Source: Vulcanimicrobiota bacterium (lineage in GTDB: Bacteria > Vulcanimicrobiota > Vulcanimicrobiia > Eremiobacterales > Eremiobacteraceae). From it: a stretch of DNA of 64,000 nucleotides. Each line of letters opens with the position of its first letter. Position 1 is the stretch's first letter. Under the pieces are notes generated by a model, which saw nothing but the letters and a program-made list of their open reading frames with translations, searched no databases and was not told the origin of the DNA. The stretch is taken from positions 1 to 64,000 of the forward strand of contig CAWDVP010000008.1 in the NCBI GenBank assembly GCA_963805945.1, read 5' to 3'. Shown here piece by piece: positions 28,735-40,109 of this stretch. Position numbers and translations under genes: made by a program.

Positions 28735-29310
28735 GTGAGCCTCGAGCTTTGGAGCACCATCGCTTCCGTTGGCACGTTCGTCGTGATCACCGCGACGGCG
28801 ATCGCCGCCGTCATCCAACTTATCCACATCCGGAGCGGCAACCAGATCGCGATCCTCAATGACTTTCGCATCGCGACGGAAGATCCAGAATTCCGCGCAG
28901 CGATGGAGTTCATCTACACGCTGCCGTCCAAGGTCGGCGATCGCGAGTTCCGCGCCTTGCTCGAACGCGACACGTTGCCGGTGGAGTTCTACCCGATTCA
29001 TCGAGTGGGGCGTCTCTACGAGCTGTTCGGATTCTACGTCAATCGCGGCATACTTGATGCCGACATGGTCTGCGACCTGTGGGCACCCGTCATCCAAGGG
29101 GTGTGGGACAACATGGCGGACACCATCGTCGTGATGCGGCGTTCGCGCGGGCCCGAACTCTTGGAGAACTTCGAATACCTCGCCCTCTTGAGCGCGCGCT
29201 ATCTCAAACGCAACCAGAGCGTCTACCCGAAGAACTTGCCCCGCATCGCGCACGCCGATAAATGGGCGGCGCAGGATGCGGCCACGCCGTCTACTCCCAC
29301 TCGATCGTAG
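28735..29310 (+). CDS. DUF4760-like hypothetical protein with N-terminal TM helix
   Basis: [51 protein letters not shown]. Family assignment from memory. Confidence 0.7.
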   Translation: MSLELWSTIASVGTFVVITATAIAAVIQLIHIRSGNQIAILNDFRIATEDPEFRAAMEFIYTLPSKVGDREFRALLERDTLPVEFYPIHRVGRLYELFGFYVNRGILDADMVCDLWAPVIQGVWDNMADTIVVMRRSRGPELLENFEYLALLSARYLKRNQSVYPKNLPRIAHADKWAAQDAATPSTPTRS

Positions 29311-30829
29311 CGGGCGGCTTGCTCGTGATGTCGTAGGCGATCCGATTGACGCCCGACACCTCGTTGACGATGCGCGTCGCGATGCGCTGCAGCGTCTCCG
29401 GCGACAGCCGCGCCCAGTCCGCCGTCATGCCGTCGTCGCTCGTCACCGCCCTGATGGCGACCATATTGGAATACGTCCGGCCGTCGCCCATGACGCCGAC
29501 GCTTTGCAGCGGCGTCAGCACCGCGAAGTACTGCCATGGGATCTCTTCTTCTTTTTCGATCTCCTCGCGCGCGATCGCATCGGCGCGGCGCAGGACGTCG
29601 AGGCGTTCGCGCGTGACCGCGCCGAGGATGCGCACGGCGAGCCCGGGTCCCGGGAAGGGTTGACGATTCACGATATGTTCGGGCAGCCCGAGCTCCCGCC
29701 CGAGCGACCGCACTTCATCTTTGAACAGCAGGCGCAGCGGCTCGATGAGCTTGAGGTGCATGCGCTCCGGCAGACCGCCGACGTTGTGATGCGTCTTGAT
29801 CTTGTGCCCGGCCTTGCTGTCGGACGTCTTGCTCTCGATGACGTCGGGGTAGAGCGTGCCCTGCACGAGGAAATCGACGCCGGCGAGCTTGGCCGCCTGC
29901 CCTTCGAAGACCGCGATGAACTCGCGGCCGATGATCTTGCGCTTCTCCTCCGGGTCCGAAACGCCCGCCAGCGCGGTGAGGAACTGGTCGGTGGCGTCGA
30001 TATGGATGAGATTGAGGTGCAGCTGATCGCGGAACGCCTCGACGACCTGTTTGGCCTCGTCCTGGCGCAACAGGCCGTGGTCGACGAAGATGCAGGTGAG
30101 CCGATTGCCGATGGCGCGCGCCACGAGCGTCGCGGCGACCGCGCTGTCGACGCCGCCGGAGAGGCCGCAGACCGCATTGGACTCGCCGACCTGCGCGCGG
30201 ATCTGCTCGACGCTGCGCTCGATGAAGGACGACATCTCCCAGCGCTGCGACAGTCCGGCGACCGAGCGTAGGAAGTTACGGATGACGCGGCGCCCGGCAT
30301 CGGTGTGCTTCACCTCCGGGTGGAACTGCACGCCGTACCAGTTCTTGCCCGGATCGCCGACCGCGGCTTGCGCGCAGGCGCCGGTGTGGGCGAGCGTCAT
30401 GAAGCCCTCGGGCAGCGCGGTGACCGTGTCGCCATGGCTCATCCACGCCTGCGAGTGGGTCGGCACTTCTTCGAACAGCGGCGAGTGGACCGCGTCGACC
30501 ACCAGCTCCGTCCTGCCGAACTCGCGGATCTCGCCGGGCACGACCGTGCCGCCGAGCGCGCGCATCATGTCCTGCATACCGTAGCAGATGCCGAGAATGG
30601 GCTTGTCAGATTTCAGCAGCTCTTCGGGCACGTGCGGCGCGCCGGGCGCGACCGCGCTCTCGGGCCCGCCCGTGAGGATGAACGCTGCCGGCTCGCGCGC
30701 CTCGATCTCCGACCAGGGCGCATCATAGGGCATCACCTCAGAATACACGCCCTCTTCGCGCACGCGCCGCGCGATGAGCTGCGCGTACTGCGCCCCAAAA
30801 TCGAGGATGACGACCGTTTCCTGCCCCAT
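29291..30829 (-). CDS. guaA: GMP synthase (glutamine-hydrolysing)
   Basis: [62 protein letters not shown]. Confidence 0.98.
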   Translation of the reverse strand: MGQETVVILDFGAQYAQLIARRVREEGVYSEVMPYDAPWSEIEAREPAAFILTGGPESAVAPGAPHVPEELLKSDKPILGICYGMQDMMRALGGTVVPGEIREFGRTELVVDAVHSPLFEEVPTHSQAWMSHGDTVTALPEGFMTLAHTGACAQAAVGDPGKNWYGVQFHPEVKHTDAGRRVIRNFLRSVAGLSQRWEMSSFIERSVEQIRAQVGESNAVCGLSGGVDSAVAATLVARAIGNRLTCIFVDHGLLRQDEAKQVVEAFRDQLHLNLIHIDATDQFLTALAGVSDPEEKRKIIGREFIAVFEGQAAKLAGVDFLVQGTLYPDVIESKTSDSKAGHKIKTHHNVGGLPERMHLKLIEPLRLLFKDEVRSLGRELGLPEHIVNRQPFPGPGLAVRILGAVTRERLDVLRRADAIAREEIEKEEEIPWQYFAVLTPLQSVGVMGDGRTYSNMVAIRAVTSDDGMTADWARLSPETLQRIATRIVNEVSGVNRIAYDITSKPPATIEWE

Positions 30830-31961
30830 CAGGTGCAGACGCTTCCAAGCGTGCCGGCGTCGCGCGCCATGACGACTTCCTTCGCGATGCGTTCACCGAC
30901 AGAGATCTCGCGACCCCAACGGTAGGCGGAATATGGTGTGTACTTCGTGCCGGGCGAACCCGGGATGCGCAGGCTGACGTCGTACACCACGAACGACTTC
31001 GGCGGCCCCGCTGCGATGACGCACTGCAGCGCGAACGGCCCGATGATGCCCGGCGGCCGCGCGGCGCGCGCCGCCGCGACGAAACGCTCGCCCATGTCGA
31101 AGGCCTGCTCGAGCATGGATTCGGTGAGCGTCGCCGCGATGTGGCCCGCCTCTTCCATCGAGGGCATGAACGCGCCGCCGAGCGACGCCTGCTCGATCGC
31201 CAGCAGATTCCTGGCCCCGTCGACGTCGGTCTGACGCCGCGTGTCCGTGCCGAGCAGCTCGAGCTCGCCGGACAGCGGCGAATAGAAGAAATTCAGATTG
31301 ATGCTCGGGCCGAGCACGTACTCCTCGAGCACCGCGCCCGCGAGGCCTTGCTCGCTGATCACACCCGCGGCGAGGAGCGTCTGGGAACGGCGTTTGTACT
31401 GCTCCGGCGAAGCGGCGACGAAGAAGGCGCGCTCGAATGTCACCTTGGCGTGCGGCGCCTTGATCAGCGTCAGGCCCGCGATCTCGTCGGGCGAGCGGAG
31501 CCGCCGCGGAAAACGGATGCCGGCCGCTTCAAGCAGCTTGTACTGGTTGTCGGGCTCGTCGCGCTCCTCCGCGCGCAGCAGGCGGCGCGAGCCGAAGAAC
31601 GGCACGCGCATGCCGCGTTCGATCTCGTCGTAGCTGTGGCGCTGGCGTGCGTACACCTCGAATGATCGGTTCGGCACGAAGATCGCGTTGCGCTCGAGCA
31701 GCTCTTTCTGGACGTCGGCGCCAGGATGTCGGCGAAGTGCTCCACCAGCAGCGTCTCGTCGACGCAGCCGGTGCCATCGGGTCGCGCGGCGTAATGTTTG
31801 GTATAGGTGCGCTCGCGGCCGCGCATGCCGACGACGAGATTGCGCAGGCCCTCGCGCTTCGCGCCGAGGCAGACGTCGAGCGCGGAATGGCTGCCGATGC
31901 AGCAGAGGGTGAGCGAGGCGAGGTCGTAACCGGCGAGGACGTCCGCGACGCCCTCACTCAA
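30829..31961 (-). CDS. purP: PurP-like ATP-grasp protein, second paralog (DUF1246/DUF1297); frameshift near 31715
   Basis: [78 protein letters not shown]. Confidence 0.85.
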
Positions 31962-33079
31962 TTCGCCGGGACTCCCGGTCCTAGGATGCGCGCCGGCTTC
32001 GCGGCCAGCTTGCCGTTGCCGTCGTCGAAGGTGAGCAGGCTGCCCTGATCGAGCACGAGCGACAGGCTGTTGGTGAGCAGCGCGTTCTTGATCTCGCGCG
32101 CGATGCGGCGTCCGGTGGACATCGGCTCGGTGTAGTTGAGGTACGAATACGGCGAACCGTCGATGAAGAGATTCGTGCCGGCCACGATGCGCGCGGAGAT
32201 CTCCATGAGGTAGAACTCCGCCTCCGGGGTCACGATCGTCTCGAGGCAGAACGCGCCGAACAGCCCGCGGTCCGGGCACAGCTCGCGGCTCACGCGCACG
32301 ACCGCCTCGCCCATGTGGAAGGCCTCGGCGAGCAGCGACTCGCGCAAGCTGATGGGCTGGTTGCCGATGACGACGTAGCTGGGCTGGATATCCCAGCCCT
32401 CCTGGCTCGCCGACGGGATGCGTCCGAGCGAGTCGACGTTGCTCTCGTAGCGCCGGTCCATGGACATGATCTCGAGCTTGCCGGTGAGCGGCGAATAGAA
32501 ATAGTGGATGTACACTGGCACGCCGATGATGTATTCCTGCATGATGTACTTCTGCTCGACGAGATGCGCGGCGCGCGCGTGGAAATCGTCCGCGTTCTTG
32601 ACGAAGAGATAGCCCTTGCCGCCATGGGCGCCGTAGAGCTTCACGATGACCGGCCGGTCGATCTCGCTCGCCTTGGTGAACTGGCGCGGCATCTTCAGGC
32701 CTGCCGTGAGCAGCCAGTCGCGCTGGCGCATTCGATCGGCTTCGAGATCCAGCACGGCCTTGTTGCCGAAGTACGGCGTCGTCATCGCCTTGTGCTGTTC
32801 GAGCGAGAGATAGGCGACGAACGAGCCGTGCGGCACGAGCACGACTTTGCGCTGGTTGAGCTGATCTTCGACCTTGGGGAAATCGCTGTAACGCGCGATG
32901 ACCATGACTTCATCGACGAAGCTGAAGCTCGAGTACAGGCTCTCGTTCTGCGGCGTGGTGACGGCGAGGGTGTGGAAGCCTTCGTCCTTGGCGCCCTTGA
33001 GGATCTGCAGCGCGGAGTGGCTGCCGAGCGTGGCGATGGTGTACAGCGCGGGGAGCTGGGAGGACGATTTGCGTGCCAT
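31958..33079 (-). CDS. purP: Formate-dependent FAICAR synthetase (archaeal-type PurP)
   Basis: IATLGSHSALQILKGAKDEGF, VPHGSFVAY, FGNKAVL, GGKGY, HYFYSPL, MDRRYESNVD, GAFCLE, EISARIVAGTN, GSPYS, MSTGRRIAREIK. Confidence 0.92.
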   Translation of the reverse strand: MARKSSSQLPALYTIATLGSHSALQILKGAKDEGFHTLAVTTPQNESLYSSFSFVDEVMVIARYSDFPKVEDQLNQRKVVLVPHGSFVAYLSLEQHKAMTTPYFGNKAVLDLEADRMRQRDWLLTAGLKMPRQFTKASEIDRPVIVKLYGAHGGKGYLFVKNADDFHARAAHLVEQKYIMQEYIIGVPVYIHYFYSPLTGKLEIMSMDRRYESNVDSLGRIPSASQEGWDIQPSYVVIGNQPISLRESLLAEAFHMGEAVVRVSRELCPDRGLFGAFCLETIVTPEAEFYLMEISARIVAGTNLFIDGSPYSYLNYTEPMSTGRRIAREIKNALLTNSLSLVLDQGSLLTFDDGNGKLAAKPARILGPGVPAN

Positions 33080-33119
33080 TATTGCGTGTTCTCCTTCGCT
33101 CCGGCGGCCCGAATTCCCC

Positions 33120-33623
33120 TCACGCCTCCACTGCGACGCGCGCCGGCATCTCCCGGACCGCGAACGTCTGCGAGTGCGGGTTGGCGAGCAGTTCACGACA
33201 CGCCCATTCGAGGCGCTCGCGCGGCGCCGGTCCGCCGCTCTCGTACAGCCGCCACGCGACGGCGCGCGACAGCGAGCGCAGCTGCGCCATGCCGAACGGC
33301 CCCTGCAGCAGCGAGAGCAGGCCCGTCGTGTCGTCGTCGCGATCCTCCACGACCGCTTCGAACCCGGTATCGTCATCCGATCGCCGCGCCGCTCCGGTCG
33401 TCGAGAGCGAAAGCCGGTGCTTGTTCGGGTTGAACAGCACTTCGGCGTGCGCGATGCCGCGGGCAAGCGCTTCTGGACTGTCCTCCTCGGCGTTCAAGCG
33501 CAGGATCTCCGAGCGCTCCACCCGCGCGAGCGCATCGTAGCCAAGCTGCCGCAGCGCGACGAGCACCGTGTACGCGGTGTTGTCCGGCATGCGCAGGTCG
33601 ATCGCGACTTCGACGTCGCTCAT
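33120..33623 (-). CDS. purS: PurS-like protein, apparently a tandem double PurS domain (~167 aa)
   Basis: Sits just downstream of purQ. Two halves each end in an NP motif (VLFNPNKH; ELLANPHSQ), resembling the PurS LLANP signature. Confidence 0.6.
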   Translation of the reverse strand: MSDVEVAIDLRMPDNTAYTVLVALRQLGYDALARVERSEILRLNAEEDSPEALARGIAHAEVLFNPNKHRLSLSTTGAARRSDDDTGFEAVVEDRDDDTTGLLSLLQGPFGMAQLRSLSRAVAWRLYESGGPAPRERLEWACRELLANPHSQTFAVREMPARVAVEA

Positions 33624-34193
33624 GCCGGTGTCGGCCTCGGCGGCGGGCCGGCGCGGCGCACCAGGGTCACGATGAGCACCACCATGCCGGCGCCGAGGCA
33701 GGCGAACGAGACGGCGAGCCATTTCAGCAACGCGGCCGCGAGGTCCGGCGCGACCGGCGGCGCGATCGCCAGCGCGATGCGCGCTCCCTTGCCGCCGGGA
33801 TAGCCGCACGTCATGACGTACGTGCCGACCTGCGGCGCGAGGAACTGCTCGATCGCCTTGCCGGACCTTCCGCCGAAATCGTATTCCGCGTCGAGCGCCG
33901 GGGGTTCGAGCGCGAGCGCGCTGCCGCTCTGCTTCGACGTCACCGCGCACTTGATGTCGGTGGTCGCCGCGGTCGCGAAGGGCTCGCCGTCGACGGTGCT
34001 CTTGCGCTCGTAGTACACCACGTACTGCCCCGGCGTGCGGACGTGAAGATCCGATCGTGCCGGGCGCGATAAAGCGCACGAAGTCCGATTGCAAGGCCGA
34101 CGCGTCGCGCAGCGCGCCGTTGACGCTCGCGACCAGACCGCCGATGATGATGAGCGCGCCGAGCGCGTACCAGAGGCCGCTCGGCTTACGCAT
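33620..34193 (-). CDS. Hypothetical membrane protein (TM, Ig-like domain, TM); frameshift near 34050
   Basis: MRKPSGLWYALGALIIIGG.. joined to ..PGQYVVYYE..IKCAV..GTYVMTC..WLAVSFACLGAGMVVLIVTLVRR. Overlaps both neighbours. Confidence 0.7.
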
Positions 34194-34942
34194 GCGGGCG
34201 CTCCGCCCGCTCGCGCAAGAAACGCGCCATGCAGCTGAAGATCGCGTGCCCGGCGACCATCTGGTTCGGGTCGCCCCCGCGCAGCTCGGGCCGCCGGAAC
34301 AAGACGTTGAGCGCCCATGCGGCCCGCTCCGGATGCGGCATGAGCGCCAAGACGTTGCCCCGCTCGTTGCAGATGCCTGCGGCGCGGCGCATCGCCCCGT
34401 TGGGCGCGGCACCCGCGTAGCGAAGGACGATGCGCCCGTGCTCTTCGAGATCGTCGAAGGTCGGTCGCCTCGCCGGTGAAGCGGCCTTCGCCGTGCGCCA
34501 GCGCCATGGTCATCGCCGTGCCGGGCGCGAGACCCGCGGTGAACGCGCAACGCTCCGGCTCCCGATCGGTCACGACCTCGACGAGCTGCGCTTGGAAGTG
34601 GTGCGAGGGCAGGTTGTGCGCGATCGCCACGCGTCCGAGCATGCCGCTCTCCGCGACGATCTGCGCGCCGTTGCACAGCCCGAGCACGAGCTTGCCGCGC
34701 TCCGCTTCTTCCTTTATCACCGCGACGATCTCGCTCTTGGCCGCGATGGCGCCGGCGCGCACGCGATCCTCGTGCGCGAACCCGCCGGCGATCACGTAGC
34801 CGTCGAAGTCGCGCAAGGCGTTTGGATTCTCCGCCCACCAGAACAGGCGCGCGTCGATGCCGGCGTCGCGGCACGCATCGACCGTCTCGGTCTCGGAGTT
34901 CGTGCCGGGGAAGACGATGACGGCGACGCCTGGCTCAGGCAT
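34186..34942 (-). CDS. purQ: FGAM synthase glutaminase subunit; frameshifts near 34400-34470
   Basis: IVFPGTNSE, AGGFAHEDRVRAG, LGLCNGAQI, AHGEGRF, GNVLALMPHPER. Confidence 0.95.
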
Positions 34943-37336
34943 AGAGCTTCTTCAGCGGCTCCGACCACGCGGCCCGCGCGTCGCCGAGCGGTACGTCACA
35001 GGCGCCGGCGACGGTGATGTTCGGGCCGCCGGTCACACCGAGGCGCAGCGCTCGTGCGGGCACGGCGGCGCAGATCGCTTCGAAGGCGGCGACCTTATCG
35101 CGCGCCACTTCGACGACGAAGCCGGGCTGCTCGCCGAACAGCGCCGCCTGCAGGTCGACATCGCGCGCCCATTCGCGCGGGTCGACGAGACGCGCCCCGA
35201 GGGCGCCGTCGGCATCGCCGCCCAAACACATCTCCGCGACGCAGGCGAGCAGCCCGCCGTCCGAGATGTCGTGCGCTGCGCTGATGACGCCCTCCCGTAT
35301 CCCGTTGACGACCGCGCAGAATCGAGGCGTTCGCCTCGGCGTAGTCGAGCGTCGGCAGGTCGGACGCATCGCCGGCAGCGCCGCCGGTCGCCGCTGCCAG
35401 CACCGATCCGGCGAGCTTGTCCGTGCGAGCGCCGAACAGGAAGAGCAGTCGATCCGGCGCGGTGATCTGCATGGTGGCGACGCGGGCGACGTCGTCGACG
35501 CGGCCGATGCAGGCGACGATCGCCGAGGGTGCGATCGCGCGACCCGCCGACGACTCGTTGTACAGACTCACGTTGCCGCTCACGAACGGCAGCGGCTCGC
35601 CCGGCGCGTTGAGCTGGAGCGATGTCGCCGCTTCCGCGAGTCCCTCGATGCCGTCGACGAGTTGGCGATAGGCGATCGGATCCTCGGGATTGCCGTAGTT
35701 CAGGCAATCGGTGAGACCGATCGGCTGCGCTCCGACTGCCGCGACGTTGCGCGCGGACTCGACGACCGCGTGCGCCGCCGCGAGCTTCGCGCTGAGGGCG
35801 CCGTAGCGGGGATTGCCGTCGACCGAGAGCGCGATGCCTGCGCGCTCGCCGCGCTTGATGATGAAGACGCCGGCGTCCGCATAGCCAGACGGGATGACCG
35901 TGGCGCCGCGCACGAACATATCGTAATGGGTGATGAGCGGCCGCCGGCTGCACACGTCCAGATGGGAGAGAACCGCCAGCAACGCTCGACTGAAGTCGAC
36001 CGCTCCATTTCCACGGCGTATGGAGCGGTCGGATTTATCCGACCGGAGCTCTATCGGCGGCGCCGCTTTCCGCTCCGCCACGATCGGGCCTGCGAGCACG
36101 TCGATCGGCAGGTCGATCAACTTTTCGCCGGCGGCGCGCACGACGTAGCGTTTCGCCTCCGTCACCGTGCCGATGACCGCGGCGCGCGCGTCGGCGGCGA
36201 TCTCCGGCAGCGTGAAGTGCTGGTTGTAGATCTGGAGCAGCCGTCGGCGTGAACGATGGCGGCACCGCCCACAGCATGCGCTCTTGCGTCTCCGCGCAGG
36301 CGATGACGAAGGGCGGCAGCCCGCTCGCCGCCTGCGGCACTTTGTCGATGTCGATCGCGGCCCCGAATCCGCCGGCGTTGCTCAGCTCACACGAGCTGCC
36401 CATGATGCCGCCGGCGCCGAGGTCCTTGAAACCGACCTGCAGCCCGAGCCGCTCGATCTCCGCGAACACCGCGTATGACGCGCGCATGATAACGCTCTTG
36501 AGGAACGGATCGGGGACCTGGACCGCGCTCTTGTTGGCCTGCGCTTCCGCCGCGTCGAGCACCAGCGAGGCGAACGCGGCGCCGCCGAAGCCCGATGCGT
36601 CGGTCGCCTTGCCGACGAGCACGAGATCGTATCCGGCGCCGCCGGCCGGCACGCGGCTATGAAGGATGCGGTCGGCGCGCACGATGCCGAGCGCCACCAC
36701 GTTCACCAGGCAATTGTCGGTGAACGACTCGTTGAAGTAGACGTCGCCGGCGATGTTCGGCACGCCGACAGCGTTGCCGTACCCGCCGATCCCGTCCACC
36801 GCGGCCGCCGCGACGTATGCGGCATGCGAGCCGGGCGTCGGCAGGCCGAAGCGCAGCGGATCGGCGCTCGCCACGACCTCGGCGCCCATGCACAACACAT
36901 CGCGCAGGATGCCGCCGACGCCGGTCGCCGCTCCCTCGAACGGCACGACCTGCGATGGATGGTTGTGGCTCTCGTGCGCCACGACGACGCCGTAGTCCAC
37001 GCCGTCGAGGGTGGCCGCGCGCAAAATGCCGGCATCTTCGCCGACGCCGACGAGCACGTCGGCGCTGCGCACCGGCAGCGCTTTGAGCAACGGCCGCGAG
37101 CTCTTATACGAGCAATGCTCGCTCCACTGGATCGCGAACGCGTGGGCTTCGGCGCGCGTCGGATCGCGTCCGATGCGCGCTGCGATGGAGCGCAGTTCTT
37201 CCGCCGAAAGCGCGAGCGCCTCGCGGCGTGCGAGGCGCTTGAGGTCCTCGTCCGAGGCGCCGGTGATCGAAAGCGGCTCCGCCGACAAGGAGACTGATGG
37301 AGCGGTCGATGCCGTTCGACCGTCCTTTTCTCTCAC
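34935..37336 (-). CDS. purL: FGAM synthase subunit PurL (small type); several frameshifts
   Basis: QWSEHCSYKSS, ESHNHPSQVVPFEGAATGVGGILRD, DLGAGG, ETQERM, TDCLNYGNPE, FVSGNVSLYNE, AHDISDGGL. Confidence 0.96.
35983..36045. repeat. Two REP family B copies inside purL
   Basis: CGCTCGACTGAAGTCGACCGCTCC (35983-36006) and GGAGCGGTCGGATTTATCCGACCG (36022-36045). Confidence 0.82.
37299..37322 (+). repeat. REP family B, degenerate, inside the purL 5' end
   Basis: GGAGCGGTCGATGCCGTTCGACCG; translated GRTASTA. Confidence 0.72.
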
Positions 37337-38604
37337 GCGCCGGTCTTACCGTTGGGCGGCGCGTTGAGCCGTGCGTCCGATGCGATGACGTTGTTGCGGC
37401 TGCGATACTGCGAGACGAGCACCCTGCCGTAGAGCACGGTGTCGTCGACCGCGAGGATCTTCGCCGCCGCGAGCGCCGCGTTCTCGGGCTCGAGCACGAC
37501 CGTGCTCGCCACGCCCGAGGGCAGGTGCAGGCTCGAAAGCACTTCCATGCCGCCCCAATTCGAGCCGATGACCGGACACGCGATGACCGGGTTGGCGGTC
37601 GCCGCGTCCACGAACGCGGAGAGCGCATTGCTCCGCCCGGCGATGGTGATATAGACGACGCGACCCAACGTGCTGTCGGTCTGCTGGATGCGTGTCAGCG
37701 CGAACACCGGCGTCTTGTGCGCCGAGGCGACATGCTTGGTGTTGGGCACGCCGAGCGCGGAGAGCGCCTTGGCGATGCGCTCCGCGTGCGCCGCGTCCGA
37801 CGCCGAGCCCATCATGATCGACACGAAACCACCGCTGCTCTTCTGGAAACGCGCGACCCGCTCGGCGACCTCTTCGTACTTGTCTTTGACGTCGCTCAGA
37901 TCGCTGTCTTTGGGCGCGCTCATGTTGCGGTAGACCTGCTTGTCGAGCATGCGCGTCTGGTCGCCCGCCGGCCAGATCCGCCACGAGTCGTTGTCGATGA
38001 CGTCGGCGAGCAGGATCTCGCTGCCGCCGCCGGCGCTCGGGATGCGGCCGAACTCCACCTTGAGGTCGACGAGCTGGACGTCTTGCTGCTTCCACGCATG
38101 GGCGAGGATCTCGAACACGAGCCGGGCTTGGTCGCTCATCTCGACGATTTCCGCCGGCGTGGCGATCTTCTCGGCGACGATCTGCTCGGCGGTGTACTGC
38201 GGGTCGTGGCGCGCGTCGTCTTTGAAGAAATACTCGACGAGGCGCGGCGCGAAGATCGTGCCTTGCGCCACGCCCGGGTTGCGCTTGAGGTAGGAGCCGG
38301 CCGCGACGCCGCGCACCACCACCTCGATCGGGATCATCTCGCATCGGCGTACGACCATCTCGTTGTCGTCGGCGTCTTCGCCGCCGCTCAAGTAGTGGGT
38401 CGGCAAGCCGCATGCGTTGAGCAGGCGGAAGATCCGCGCCGTGGTGAGCGCCGCGAGGCGGCCCTTGCCGGTGATGGTATTGCGTTTGGCGCCGTCGCCG
38501 GCGGTGATGCTGTCCTGCGACGACACGATCACCGCGTCGGGCTGATCCGGGTGCTGGTAGAGGACCTTCGTCTTGCCCCGGGCGACTTCGACTCCCTTAT
38601 GCAT
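37333..38604 (-). CDS. purC: Bifunctional SAICAR synthetase / AIR carboxylase (PurC-PurE fusion, PAICS-like)
   Basis: One intact frame: GKTKVLY, IPIEVVVR..AAGSYLKR, LVDLKVEFG, LADVIDNDSWRIWP, then MGSASD, VASAHKTP, AGRSNALS, LPSGVASTVV, PENAALAA. Confidence 0.93.
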   Translation of the reverse strand: MHKGVEVARGKTKVLYQHPDQPDAVIVSSQDSITAGDGAKRNTITGKGRLAALTTARIFRLLNACGLPTHYLSGGEDADDNEMVVRRCEMIPIEVVVRGVAAGSYLKRNPGVAQGTIFAPRLVEYFFKDDARHDPQYTAEQIVAEKIATPAEIVEMSDQARLVFEILAHAWKQQDVQLVDLKVEFGRIPSAGGGSEILLADVIDNDSWRIWPAGDQTRMLDKQVYRNMSAPKDSDLSDVKDKYEEVAERVARFQKSSGGFVSIMMGSASDAAHAERIAKALSALGVPNTKHVASAHKTPVFALTRIQQTDSTLGRVVYITIAGRSNALSAFVDAATANPVIACPVIGSNWGGMEVLSSLHLPSGVASTVVLEPENAALAAAKILAVDDTVLYGRVLVSQYRSRNNVIASDARLNAPPNGKTGA

Positions 38605-39998
38605 GCGTTGCTTTCTCCATCGCGCGGACTTTCGCCGCGAAGAGGTGTGCGCGCTCGGCGGCGAGGCCGACGTGCGCCGCGGGTTCTAGGAGTGCTTTCA
38701 TCTCCGCCGGTTTGAGGTGGACGGTGAACGCCTCATCCTTTGACAGCATCTCCGGCAGCGGGTTTTTCTCGTCCTTCTCTATCGCTTCCCAGGCCTTCAT
38801 CGAGGCTTCCCGCAGCTTCTCGTGCAGCGCCTGCCGGTCGGCGCCGCGCCGCGCCGCCGCCATGAGCACCGCCTCGGTCGCGGCGAACGGGCCGAAGGTG
38901 GCGAGGTTCGCGGCGATCCGATTCTTGTCGACCCGTAGGCCGCTCATCACCTTGCTCGCCAGCGAGACGATCTCGTCGGCGGCCAAAAAGCTCTCCGCCA
39001 GCACGAAGCGGCGGTTCGCGGAATCGTCGAGCGTGCGTTCGAGCAGGTTGTCCGCGGCGTTCTGCCACGTCACCATCGCGTTGGCGGCGATCGGGCCGCG
39101 CGAGCGAGCAGATGCGCTCGCACATGATGGGATTGCGCTTGAACGGCATCGCCGACGAGCCGACCTGTTTGGCCTCGAAGGGCTCGCCTACTTCGCCGAA
39201 CGGGCTGCTCGCCAGCACGCGCACGTCGAAGGCGAATTTGCTCGCGGTCGCGGCGAGCGCGGCGACGTTGGCCACGACGATATAATCGAGGCGCCGCGAG
39301 TACGTCTGCCCTGTGATGAGCGACGCGGTCAGCCCGAACGCCGACATGACGTCGCGTTCGACCTGGTCGGGCGTGACGTCCGAGCCCTTGAGCAGCGCCG
39401 CGTACGACGCAGAAGTGCCCACCGCGCCGCGCAGCCCTTTGCTCGGCAGCCACGCGGCGAGGCATTTCAGATTCTCGTAGTCGAGATAGAGATCGTGCGC
39501 CCACAGGCTCATGCGATAGCCGAGCGTCGTGGGCTCGGCCGCCTGCAGATGCGTGTACGCCATGCACGGCAGGTCGGCGTATTTCTCGATCTGCCCGGCG
39601 AAGACATCGAGCAGCGAGCGCAGCCCGTCGCTGAGCATCGAAAGCGCCTGCTTCAGGCGCGCGGTCTCGACGTTGTCCTCGACGTCCATGGAGGTCGCGC
39701 CGAGGTGCAGCTTGCCGCCGCCGAGCTTGGCCTGCCTCGCGTAGACGCGCAGTTCGGCCATGAGGTCGTGATGGATCTCTTTTTCGATCTCGTGGGCTGC
39801 CGCCAGATCCACCGCGTCCACGTGGCGGCGCAGGTCCGCCAGCTCTTCCTCGGTGACCAGGCCCGCCTTGGCCTGCGCGGTCGCCAGCTCGAGCCAGAGC
39901 CGGCGCCACATGCGGCGTTTGGTCTCCTCGGAGAACAGTTCGCGCATAGCGGGACGGCCGTATCGCCAGGAAAACGGTGAGGAATACGCTGTTGTCAC
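38597..39998 (-). CDS. purB: Adenylosuccinate lyase; frameshift near 39095
   Basis: YSSPFSWRYG, HDLMAE, LHLGATSMDVEDN, THLQAAEPTT, GSSAMPFKRNP, LERTLDDSANRR. Confidence 0.95.
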
Positions 39999-40109
39999 TG
40001 TGCTGATTTCGTTCGGCGCGGGACGCTAGCGCCCTTTCCGAGCCTCAAGAGAGAGCGGTAAATCCGCCGCATCGAGGACCCGCATCCAACAGGTGAACAA
40101 TCGCTATGT

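Noticed and set aside
33120..34942. Apparent fusions purQ-membrane protein (33620-34942) and the 33120-34874 ORF
   Set aside because: Produced by frameshifts joining separate genes, each of which has its own start and stop.
39999..40109. Purine, ZTP or PRPP riboswitch upstream of purB
   Set aside because: No matching conserved motifs seen.
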